From Eledone cirrhosa (taxonomy: Eukaryota), in contig OZ024741.1 in NCBI GenBank assembly GCA_964016885.1, forward strand, positions 356,314,001 to 356,378,000: a stretch of 64,000 nt of DNA, given 5' to 3'. Positions 13,774 through 25,590 of this stretch are shown one piece after another (positions within the stretch are counted from its first letter, which is position 1; every line of letters starts with the position of its first letter). Under the pieces are notes generated by a model. That model was not told where the DNA came from, did no database searches, and saw only the letters and a program-made list of their open reading frames with translations. The translations under genes and the position numbers were made by a program.

Positions 13774-14536
13774 ATACAAGTTAATATAAATTAATATATA
13801 TGATAAAACACAAATACCAACATATAAGTGTTTGTATTGTAAAAGACGAAGTTAGCTAGATTGAAAAATACTAATTATAATAATACAGTTTGCCTGTCTC
13901 GATTTAAAATAATAAATCAATAAAAACAAACGATATTGGCAAATGGCCGTGGTACTTAGACAAATTTAAATTTCAAAATCAAACCTGTTCCGTAGATAAG
14001 TTTAAACTTCAAAATCCAAATAAGTTTCGAGATGAAAAAGTGAAAGAATACCCCGCTCAGCTCTCCTCAGTAAGTACCCTGAACAATTGGTATGCTTCAC
14101 TTCAAAATATTTAAAAAGACTGTTTAACGCACATGGTTTTCCAGTTTCTAGCTGCCGTGTTCCAGTTTCTAGAAAACCATGTGCGTTAAACAGTCTTTTT
14201 AAATATTTTGAAGTGAAGCATACCAATTGTTCAGGGTACTTACTGAGGAGAGCTGAGCGGGGTAGTCTTTCACTTTTTCATCTCGAAACTTATTTGAATT
14301 TTGAAGTTTAAACTTATCTACGGAACAGGTTTGATTTTGAAATTTAAATTTGTCTAAGTACCACGGCCATTTGCCAATATCGTTTGTATTTATTGATTTA
14401 TTTTAAATCGAGACAGGCAAACTGTATTATTATAATTAGTATTTTTCAATCTAGCTAACTTAGTCTTTTACAATACAAACACTTATATGTTGGTATTTGT
14501 GTTTTATCATATATATTAATTTATATTAACTTGTAT
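13774..14536. repeat. About 365-bp-arm near-perfect palindrome (inverted PLE-type pLTR pair) between (TA)n tracts
   Basis: Arms at 13774-14141 and 14172-14536. The 30-nt spacer carries the direct repeat ttccagtttctag twice. Confidence 0.9.
14240..14311 (+). ncRNA. Type I hammerhead ribozyme (mirror copy at 14002-14073, minus strand)
   Basis: UUA-CUGAGGA-GAG...CUC-GAAA-CUU...AAG-UU-UAA. Canonical core; stems are short (3 bp). Confidence 0.6.
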
Positions 14537-14588
14537 ATATATATATATACATACATACATATATACATATATACATACATATATATAT

Positions 14589-14681
<93 letters not shown>

Positions 14682-14735
14682 TAAAAAAATAATGAATAAA
14701 ACAATGAAACAGTTCCTTATATTAAACAAAAAAAG

Positions 14736-14889
14736 TTCATTATTTAACGATCGTTTCTAGGATATATATGTGTTAGAATTGGCATGCATATTCAACAGAT
14801 CTATGTACAAAATTATACAAAATTATACAAACTATCAAAATTAAATATACATACCAACACATATATATGCCGTCTTCAGAAATAATGAA
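14736..14889 (-). ncRNA. Variant hammerhead ribozyme, sense copy in the 3' pLTR
   Basis: 10-bp stem I UUCAUUAUUU/AAAUAAUGAA; CUGAAGA-C; stem II includes the 13-bp AUAUAUAUGUGUU/AACACAUAUAUAU; A-GAAA-CGAUCG-UU. Confidence 0.78.
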
Positions 14890-15479
14890 ATATATTTATT
14901 GATAATAACAACAATTCAAAATTACAGGTCTGTTTGGGAACAGAGTTCAAATTGACCAATGAAAACACAAAAAGTTTATACAGTTAGGTGTATGTATATA
15001 TGTAAGTAACTTCGTTCACAGATATGCATAAAAATATATGTTCACATGCATACGCATGCCGAAAAGATGTATGTAAATACAAAAATTCAGGGCTAATGTC
15101 TCTGTATGTTTATAATCTACAGATAAAATACGTATACGCATATAAACATATAAATATAAAAATAAATATATACACATTCATATACTCACACATATACATA
15201 CATTCACACACACACGCGCGTATACGCATAAACATACACACAACCACAAACATACATACACACACACACTCCCACACACATATATGTGTATATACTATTA
15301 TCATAAGCATATGGACATTAATGCGCGCACATAAACACTGCCACACATATTTAGATCCAGATACAGAAAGTAGGTGGGGGGGAAGAGGTCAGTATTTAGT
15401 GGTGTCAGCAAACTGCCTATTTATAAATGTATCTATAAATTTAGAAATAAAAAGAAAAAGAAAAAAGAAAAATATTAAG

Positions 15480-15563
<84 letters not shown>

Positions 15564-15600
15564 AACAAGTAAAATATAAAATATACATCGATATACATAC

Positions 15601-15665
<65 letters not shown>

Positions 15666-15854
15666 CATACACATATACATAAACACATACATACACATAC
15701 GTATACATACACACACCATATAAATACATATACACATACACACACGCATACATATAGAGACACATACATATACACATATAAATACATAGACATATACATG
15801 TATACACACATATATATATACATATACACACATAGATATATATATACATTCACA

Positions 15855-15913
<59 letters not shown>

Positions 15914-15967
15914 TCTATACACATATATAAACACACTCATGTATATACACACATACATATACATACC

Positions 15968-16026
<59 letters not shown>

Positions 16027-16443
16027 ATACACACATATACACATACACACATACAAAGATATATATATATATATACACATACACATATAATATAATAAAT
16101 ATATATATATATATATACACACACATATATATATATACACATATATATATATACACATACATACACATACATACTCATACATAGATATACATATATACAC
16201 ACACACACACATACACACATACATATACGCATATATACACATACATACACATCCATGTATGCGCATACACATACAAACACAACCACACGCTTACACAACT
16301 CAGACATACATAAATAAAGGGATATACATACACATATATACATATATAAATAGAGATACATATACACATATAAATATATACACACATACACACACACACA
16401 TATACATACACACACATACACACATACATATATATACACACAC

Positions 16444-16502
<59 letters not shown>

Positions 16503-16596
16503 TATATAAAAATAAAGAAATAAAAGAAAGAAATAAATTAATTAATTAATACACACAGTCAGACAAATATGCACACACATACATATACACACATAT

Positions 16597-16671
<75 letters not shown>

Positions 16672-17022
16672 CATATACATACATATATATATATACACAT
16701 ACACACATCAACTACAAATATATATATATATATATATATATAAATGGAAAGTTATACTTAAATTGTTGGGTTACAACTAGTAAATATTTATAACTGATAT
16801 AAAAGCACTCAACAAGTATTTGGAGTATATTTACGATACTAAATAAAAGGAAACTACATCTACAAAACCACATCTATTTCATCATACATACCTCAGGGAC
16901 ATCACACTAACAATATGTTATGCCCTCCCCAGACAAAATACTGCCAAATCAACTTTTCAAATACAAGTCGATGTTGAACGGTATGTCAAATCTATTTATT
17001 TATAAAACTGTCTATATTGTAT

Positions 17023-17087
17023 TTTGTCTGAAGAAGGCACAACACATCGTCAATATGACATCCCTGAAACATATATAATGAAACAAA
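17023..17087 (+). ncRNA. Degenerate hammerhead-like motif in a small insert between TA tracts
   Basis: UUUGU-CUGAAGA-AGG...CCU-GAAA-CAU(auaua)AUG-AA-ACAAA. The essential U16.1 is replaced by A, so it is probably dead. Confidence 0.35.
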
Positions 17088-17125
17088 TATGGCCCTACAA
17101 ATACAGCCTCCATTCATTCAATATC

Positions 17126-17170
<45 letters not shown>

Positions 17171-17319
17171 TACACACACTCACATATACATGCGCACATA
17201 CGTACATATATACACATACACACATATACACTTAGACGTATATATGCGCATACATATACATACACACATATACCCACATAAATACATAGAAACATACATA
17301 TATATATATATATATATAC

Positions 17320-17352
<33 letters not shown>

Positions 17353-17599
17353 CATATATACACACAATCATACACCCTTATTTACATGCGCACATATGTA
17401 TTTTTATACTCACATACAAACACCCAAACATACATACCTACCTACATATATATACATACATCCACGCTTACAAATACAAATAATAATAGGGGGAAGGGGG
17501 GGGGGGGGGGATTATAGTAAATATAGGTTTCAAGAAACATAGAATATTAATCTGCATTTAGATCATAATATGTGTTTACATAGTAGTTTCAGTATTAGG

Positions 17600-18620
17600 A
17601 AATGTAAGAAAGAAGGCAAAATTATACATTTTAATATAAGTAGACTATTAATTATAGGTTAACTAAATTAAAGATAGTTAATATATTGATTTCTAAGGTG
17701 TATACTACTTAGGTTTATAATATTTGAAGCGGAATTTTGAAGTTAAATAGTCGTAGAGTATTAATTATAGTATAACTAAATTAAAATTATTAACGTTATG
17801 GTATCAATATTAGGAAATGAATTTAGTAATAGGGAAAAAAACCAAATAAAGTATTACATCGGTAGTAGAATATAAATTATAGGTTAACTAAATTAAAAAT
17901 TATATATTAATTTCTATAGTATATGTTAATTAGGTTTATAATAATTAAAACAGATATTGTATTTTATCTATAGTAGAATATAATTATAGGTAAACAGAAA
18001 TTAAAATTAATATATACACATATATATATACACATATATATATACATATATATATATATATACATATATATATACATATACATATATATATACATATTTT
18101 TTCAAAAATTGCAAAGAATATATTAACTAGGTATACATCCAAAACCTATCTCAGTCTATGATTACATGACACTCTGCAATCCATCTGTATTAGGATTTTA
18201 ATTTTAAGCCAATTAAATTAAATTTTTAGGTTAACCAAATTAAAACCAAATTATAAATATATTTCTAAAATGTACGATAATTAGGTCTATAATATTAAAA
18301 AATATTTCTCTGTCATTGAATACACGATATTTTGTTATATTTAATCTGTAAAGGAATTTTAATAAAAGGTTAAATAAATTAAAATTAATCTATAAATTAA
18401 TTTACGAAGTATATATTAGTAATATTTAAAGGTTTTTCACAATTTATGATTACACAATATTTTATAATCTCATCTGTAGTAGAATTTTAATTAAATTAAA
18501 TTTATAGGTTAACTAACATTTAAATTAAATTATATATTAATTTCTAAAATAATGTTATTAATTAGGTTTATAATATTTAAATGTTTTTCTTAGTTTATGA
18601 TTACACGATATAATTAATTC
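17600..18620. repeat. Degenerate AT-rich tandem repeat (roughly 115-130 bp units) in the PLE 3'UTR
   Basis: Recurring ttaattataggttaactaaattaaa ... ttaggtttataatatt motif. The last unit overlaps the ORF stop region. Confidence 0.6.
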
Positions 18621-21014
18621 CTGTCGTTTATTTAATAGGATATCCTTAGATTTCATTATTTCAAATAGTTCTTGGGAACATAATCTACATTCATTTCTAT
18701 TATTTTGATAAGGGGTGGCTCTTTTGAGCACACTCCAGGTCATATCATATTCTATATTCTTATTTTTATAACTATTGATTTTTTCTGCTAGAGATGTTGT
18801 ATTAGCCAGTGCGGCATTTTTAAAACTATGTTTGTGGGTATTAAACCTTACCTTAAAATTGTTAGAAGTAGCTCCTATATATGAGCAAATAGAATCTTTA
18901 GTTTTAACATTACATTTATAAACTATGTTGTTAACAAGACAATTTCCTTTTAATGGGCAGTTTGCTTTGTTTCTACAGTTACAACCTTTCGTTAATTCTG
19001 TATTTGAGGAGATATTATGGTTAGTTTGATGTATTGGTGGTATACTTATGGTATTCTTACATTTATATGCATTATAGGCACTTATATTTTGTTTTATGTT
19101 ATTGGTTGTTGAGTATGAGAATTTAACTGTAGACCTATTTAAGATTTGATGGTATTTGTGGTTTGGCGGGAAGTTTTTCTCTAGGATATAAAAAAAATTT
19201 TTAGCAATATTATCCTTAATTTGTAAATTAAATGGAGCATTATACCAAGTAACTCGTCTATTACGGTTTCTATGTTGTTTATTATTTTTATAGGTTGTAT
19301 CGTGATGTTTACTAGGAGGATTAATGTTAATGATCTCACCACGCACATTTTTAGTTAGGTTTATAGATTTAGGTGTTTTATCTTGTTTATTGGGGGTTTT
19401 ATTATTAACATTTATTAGAGTTGTATGATGAGTAGTTTTTTGAGAGTTACTATACTTTATATTAGAAGAGTTGTTGGTATTTTGGGGTATAGTGTGGGTG
19501 GCATTTAGGTGTGTACTTTTCATTTGGTGTTTGTTGGTAATATTAGGTTGTATGTTTATAGTATTTTTAGTAGAAGGTATATATTCTAATCTATTTTTGT
19601 GGCCACTTCTATCTAGAGCTTCGTTATAGAAGGTCGCATTTTTATCAAATACATCTTGGTTAGAAGAAAGGTTAGAAATTCTAAGTGATATATTATATGC
19701 AAGGTTTTTAAGGATAGATTTAGGGTGATTAGATTGTGAGTGTATGTAGTGTAAGTTTTGGTTGGGTTTATGGTAAGGTTGGTAGATACCCGTAGCTAAG
19801 TCTAAAGTTATATCTAGGAAATTTACTACTTTACTTGTTTTTTCAAAAGTAATATGAAGACTATAATAGTCTTTAAGGAAAGTTCTAATATGCTTTTTGT
19901 TTTTTTCTATTTCTGAAAGGCTAAGGTTGTTGGAAAGAAGAAGACAGTCATCACGATATAAACCACCTTTAAGGTGGGGAAAGGAGGCATTTATGTTGAA
20001 AAGGAGAAAGAGGCCCACAAGATCAGTAATTTGGGCGGAATCGCTTGAACCCATAGTAATATCAAATAGATTACTATATGTGTTTCTGGTCCAGTATTCA
20101 TTCTGAAATTCAATAAGTGTTAGTCTAGCATGTGTAATAATATTAATGTCATCCAAAGTTAAGTTAGATCTATTTTTAGCAAATATCAATGCTTTGTTCA
20201 GGAGTATAGGTGATATAGAAGAATAGTAATTATCTATATCAAATTGTAGAAATGAAGCAGAAGATTTACATCTAATATTTTTAAACCAGTTAATTACCTG
20301 GGAAGTGTTTTCCCAGAGTGGTAAATTAACGTGTTTTCTTATTTGTAGGATGACTCTATCCAAACTTTTTTTGCTAATTATTCCAATATCAGATTTGGAG
20401 GGACATATAAGTCTTATAGAAGGATTTGAGTTAAAGTTTGATTTATGATCCTTCAGGTTGAAGTGTGGTCTTTTCAATGCCAAAGGTTCAGTTCTATCTT
20501 CAATGTTTAGTTTTTTTACTATGTTGTGTGTTTTGTTGTTGATGTTGGTGAGTGACGCATTATTAGATTTTTTATAATTTTTCCTGAGTTCTTTATATAT
20601 GAACTCATTATAATCTTCAATATCCATGTGATACAAGTTACCAGTTTTGTCCGAGTGGACATGGATTTTTTTAGACTTTTTTAGGTCCAATAGGGTAGAA
20701 TCAAGGTCCTTTTGAAAGACAGATTTATACTTCTTAAATTTGAGGTGTTTAATTAAATTAAAAAGGTCTTTCTCAAAGTCTTCAAGCAAAGAGTTGTGTG
20801 GTGGATTCTTGTAAGTATTGAAATCATACATATATTTCCTATCTGCATATTTAGATTTTTTATCGAAGTGGTAGGCCCTCCATCTAACTCTTCTGATAAA
20901 TTGGTTAGTTTTTTGAATCATAAGGAGTAAGAAGTCATCCTTAGAAGGTATTGGTATGTTCTTTAAAGAGGTTCCCAAGTATTGTTTTTCTATTGTGATA
21001 TGGATGATGGACAA
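18558..21014 (-). CDS. PLE reverse transcriptase + C-terminal GIY-YIG endonuclease, 818 aa open frame
   Basis: SDKTGN, FDIDNYYSSI, ITMGSSDS, GLYRDD, VNFLDITLDL, YHKP..SNHP; then CNC..CPLKGNCL..IVYKC...YIGAT...RFNTH...CRLC..E...LLNKR. The ORF track start is TTG, not ATG. Confidence 0.9.
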   Translation of the reverse strand: MSIIHITIEKQYLGTSLKNIPIPSKDDFLLLMIQKTNQFIRRVRWRAYHFDKKSKYADRKYMYDFNTYKNPPHNSLLEDFEKDLFNLIKHLKFKKYKSVFQKDLDSTLLDLKKSKKIHVHSDKTGNLYHMDIEDYNEFIYKELRKNYKKSNNASLTNINNKTHNIVKKLNIEDRTEPLALKRPHFNLKDHKSNFNSNPSIRLICPSKSDIGIISKKSLDRVILQIRKHVNLPLWENTSQVINWFKNIRCKSSASFLQFDIDNYYSSISPILLNKALIFAKNRSNLTLDDINIITHARLTLIEFQNEYWTRNTYSNLFDITMGSSDSAQITDLVGLFLLFNINASFPHLKGGLYRDDCLLLSNNLSLSEIEKNKKHIRTFLKDYYSLHITFEKTSKVVNFLDITLDLATGIYQPYHKPNQNLHYIHSQSNHPKSILKNLAYNISLRISNLSSNQDVFDKNATFYNEALDRSGHKNRLEYIPSTKNTINIQPNITNKHQMKSTHLNATHTIPQNTNNSSNIKYSNSQKTTHHTTLINVNNKTPNKQDKTPKSINLTKNVRGEIININPPSKHHDTTYKNNKQHRNRNRRVTWYNAPFNLQIKDNIAKNFFYILEKNFPPNHKYHQILNRSTVKFSYSTTNNIKQNISAYNAYKCKNTISIPPIHQTNHNISSNTELTKGCNCRNKANCPLKGNCLVNNIVYKCNVKTKDSICSYIGATSNNFKVRFNTHKHSFKNAALANTTSLAEKINSYKNKNIEYDMTWSVLKRATPYQNNRNECRLCSQELFEIMKSKDILLNKRQELIISCNHKLRKTFKYYKPN

Positions 21015-21354
21015 TTGAAAGAGCTCAACTAAATGTATATGGGTTTACAAAATCATACATATATATGTATATACATAAATATAAAATTAACACACACATA
21101 CAGTACAAAAATACGAATATTTCCGTGAAAATAGGAGCAAAATTATGTAGATAAATCTACCAAGAGTTTACGGTAGTGTCCAATCCGTATGAAGAACTCA
21201 ATGTAATCCGGATATCATGGAAAGAAGAGATGCAATGAAAAATCACTTTCGGTGAAAGATAAACGGAATACAGAGTCAAGATCATTGGTCAATTTGAACT
21301 CTGTTCCCAAACAGACCTGTAATTTTGAATTGTTGTTATTATCAATAAATATAT

Positions 21355-21508
21355 TTCATTATTTCTGAAGACGGCATATATATGTGTTGGTATGTATATT
21401 TAATTTTGATAGTTTGTATAATTTTGTATAATTTTGTACATAGATCTGTTGAATATGCATGCCAATTCTAACACATATATATCCTAGAAACGATCGTTAA
21501 ATAATGAA
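21355..21508 (+). ncRNA. Variant hammerhead ribozyme, copy in the inverted 5' pLTR
   Basis: Same fold as 14736-14889, on the opposite strand. Confidence 0.75.
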
Positions 21509-21702
21509 CTTTTTTTGTTTAATATAAGGAACTGTTTCATTGTTTTATTCATTATTTTTTTAATATTTTATCTTGACTCTGTATTCCGTTTATCTTTCAC
21601 CGAAAGTGATTTTTCATTGCATCTCTTCTTTCCATGATATCCGGATTACATTGAGTTCTTCATACGGATTGGACACTAGCGTAAACTCTTGGTAGATTTA
21701 TC

Positions 21703-21778
<76 letters not shown>

Positions 21779-21881
21779 GATATAGATAGATATCATGGAA
21801 GCATGGCCTAGCATCAAAAGGCCTTAAAGTTAAATTGTCTAAGACTAAAGTTCTAGTTTATAGAAAGGAAAATAGGGCATA

Positions 21882-22190
21882 AAATTATTTTTGTATAAGT
21901 TCCCTGTGTCCACGCATCGCCTGGGAACTTAGCTGAGAATAGACTTCCTGGTGACGAAAGGCCTTCTCCATGTGTTCCATTCGGAAACCATGTTTATTCC
22001 TTTTCAGAAACTAATTAGTTGGAGTGAAATTTTAGTAAGTTAATTTTTATAATTTTCTTATTTTACGTCTTTCATATAATTGTTCTGCATCCCCTTGCAT
22101 TGAACCACAAAGTTACTAAGACAAAACCTATATATTTGATAGCATAGGTATGCATCTGTATATATATGTTGGTAGATATACTAATTCTTT
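21882..22190 (+). mobile_element. Non-coding HHR-bearing repeat (pLTR-like), copy 1
   Basis: Matches 25054-25250 (+) and 24700-24955 (-). Its HHR at 21943-22025 has the mutated core CUGGUGA. Confidence 0.75.
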
Positions 22191-22346
22191 ATATATATAT
22201 ATATATATATCTATATATATATATGTATATATATATATGTATATATATATGTATACCAATGATCGTTGGCAAATCACTGATGAGGGACTAATTTTATAAT
22301 ATGTAATCCATGTGCAACCATGCAGTATTCTTCTCCCCATGTTTTT

Positions 22347-22431
<85 letters not shown>

Positions 22432-22435
<4 letters not shown>

Positions 22436-23117
22436 TCATCATCATCATCATCCTCGTGTAACGTCCACTTTCCATGCTAGCATGGTTTAGACGGGAGTTG
22501 TCCCACTTGAGGCAAGGTTGGTCAGGTGACCGTGCCTCGCTCATATAGGACTATCTGGCAGGTTTTCTACGGCTGGATGCCCTTCCTAACACCAACCACA
22601 TTTACAGTGTGGAACTGGGAACTTTTTATCATGCTACCTACACGGCCACATTACAGCGTGGACTGTGTGTTTTTTTTCTCGTGACACCTACACGATCTCG
22701 ATCTTGATCTCATTTATCTCATTTATTTGGACTGGATGTTGTGGTACCAACTTTATAGAGAGGGGGTGGTGTTGGTGGGAGTGGGAGGATAGGGTAGGGG
22801 TAGTGGATTGGGGTGTATATTTGGTTAAGAGGTGCCTACTGGCTGTAGGATTCGCTTTGTACATAGGCAAGGCGGGTCTTCTGTATTACTGCGTAGCGCC
22901 AAAGATCTCGGTCCAGTGACATTGTTTTAGAGAGGTGTAAGGTCGGAATTTATCAGATCGTCCCAGGTTTTTCTGGGTCTACCTACTCCGTAACTACCAT
23001 CAATTTTAATCGCCCTGCACTTTTTTATACAGCTGTCGTCTTTCATACGCATCACGTGGCCATACCAACGTAGTCTTCTCACGAGTAAACAGCATCTGAT
23101 CCCTCTTATTCCTAGTT
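22432..23117 (-). mobile_element. RTE LINE 3' end with (GAT)n tail
   Basis: Minus-strand [17 protein letters not shown]...GRPRKTW at about 22950-23080, followed by the shared 3'UTR/tail. Confidence 0.75.
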
Positions 23118-23223
23118 AGAAGTAGTTAGTTGCACGTGGGGCATGCAAGTGTGTCCTATTTATATAAGATTATAGTGCGGTAAGGTGTTATATGGAATAT
23201 AAGCACTTTAAGCGGGCAATCAA

Positions 23224-23309
<86 letters not shown>

Positions 23310-23601
23310 CATCATCATCATAATCATCACCGTTTTACGTCCGTTCATCCACGCTAGCATGGGTTAGACGGGTTGTCCTGTTGTGGGCAGTGTCTGGTTG
23401 GCTGACCATGCCTTGCTCATACAGGAACTGATTTGGCTTGATTTCTACAGCTGAATGCCCTTCCTAACACCAACCTTATTTACAGTGAGTGCTGGGTGCT
23501 TTTTCGTGGCGCCTACACGTCCACTTTCAGTGTGGGCTGGGTGCTTTTTTGCCGTGGCACCTCCACGACCACCTTGCAGTGGGAGGGTGTGGGGGAATAT
23601 T

Positions 23602-24250
<649 letters not shown>

Positions 24251-24659
24251 CATCATCATCATCATCATCATCTTCGTTTAATGTCCATTTTCCACGCTAG
24301 CATGGGTTAGACGAGAGTTGTCCCACTAGAGGCAAAACTGGTCGGGTGACCGTGTATCGCTCATACAGGACTATCTGGCAGGTTTTCTACGGCTGGATGC
24401 CCTTCCTAACACCAACCACATTTACATTGTGGAACTGGGAACTTTTTACCTACACAGCCACATTACAGCGTGGACTGTGTGTGTGTTTTTGTCGTGACAC
24501 CTACACGATCTCGATATATAAGACATTGAAAAAATCACTGCCTATTTGGTCGGTGGCAAATTCAAAAGAATCGATCACGTGACATCGAGGTTAATCAGTG
24601 AGGAGTGGGTGTTAAGAAGATAGTAACCAAACTATTACTATTAACTATAGTAGCAGTTT

Positions 24660-25244
24660 TGGCAAATTTTTGCAAAACAAAATAATTTGGAGATAATTAT
24701 AAAGAATTAGTATATCTACCAACATATATATACAGATGCATACCTATGCTAGCAAATATATAGGTTTTGTCTTAGTAACTTTGTGGTTCAATGCAAGGGG
24801 ATGCAGAACAATTATATGAAAGACGTAAAATAAGAAAATTATAAAAATTAACTTACTTACTAAAATTTCACTCCAACTAATTAGTTTCTGAAAAGGAATA
24901 AACATGGTTTCCGAATGGAACACATGGAGAAGGCCTTTCGTCATCAGGAAGTCTAGGTATGCATCTGTATATATATGTTGGTAGATATACTAATTCTTTA
25001 TAATTACCTCCAAATTATTTTGTTGAGCAAAATTTGCTTTTTTCCGTCCACTGAATTATTTTTGTATAAGTTCCCTGTGTCCACGCATCGCTTGGGAACT
25101 TAGCTGAGAATAGACTTCCTGATGACGAAAAGCCTTCCCCATGTGTTCCATTCGGAAACCATGTTTATTCCCTTTCAGAAACTAATTAGTTGGAGTGAAA
25201 TTTTAGTAAGTAAGTTAATTTTTATAATTTTCTTATTTTACGTC

Positions 25245-25250
<6 letters not shown>
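24660..25250. mobile_element. Non-coding HHR-bearing repeat in a compound inverted arrangement
   Basis: 24662-24745 is inverted at 24954-25037. 24815-24955 is inverted at 25110-25250. Confidence 0.75.
25114..25196 (+). ncRNA. Variant hammerhead ribozyme (mirror copy at 24870-24952, minus strand)
   Basis: ACUUC-CUGAUGA-C-GAAA(A/G)G...C(C/U)UUUC-A-GAAA-CUAAUUAG-UU-GGAGU. Confidence 0.72.
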
Positions 25251-25339
<89 letters not shown>

Positions 25340-25343
<4 letters not shown>

Positions 25344-25568
25344 TATGTACACGTACATACATATATGTATACAGACGTACAGTAGTATGTATATATATAT
25401 ACATAGATGCACACATATATATATGTACGTATGGATTCACTGAACATTTATTATAATGCTCGGTGTGATTGTAAACAAACATCTCGTATTAAGCCGTAGT
25501 GCCTAGCAACCATCGTTGCTCGTTTGTTCAACACTGACAAAGGAACGCTGTACTAGTTTCAAGCTTAT
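25340..25568 (-). repeat. Inverted partial copy of the 424-bp HHR repeat
   Basis: Reverse complement of about 28275-28510. Confidence 0.8.
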
Positions 25569-25590
25569 TATACATATATATATATATATA

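Larger units (their letters stand above)
14673..21707 (-). mobile_element. Full-length Penelope-like retroelement (Hydra-clade-like) with inverted 5' pLTR, flanked by (TA)n
   Basis: 14673-14962 is the reverse complement of 21282-21571, and 21146-21282 is the reverse complement of 21570-21707. Single RT+GIY-YIG ORF. About 3.6 kb microsatellite-rich 3' region. Confidence 0.88.

Noticed and set aside
14002-14311. Two near-identical 74-aa ORFs on opposite strands
   Set aside because: Artefact of the palindrome; no protein motif.
25108-25170. Alternative shorter HHR fold using CGAA/UUCG and the first GAAA
   Set aside because: It leaves no adjacent stem I. The longer fold ending at 25196 pairs fully and matches the other two families.
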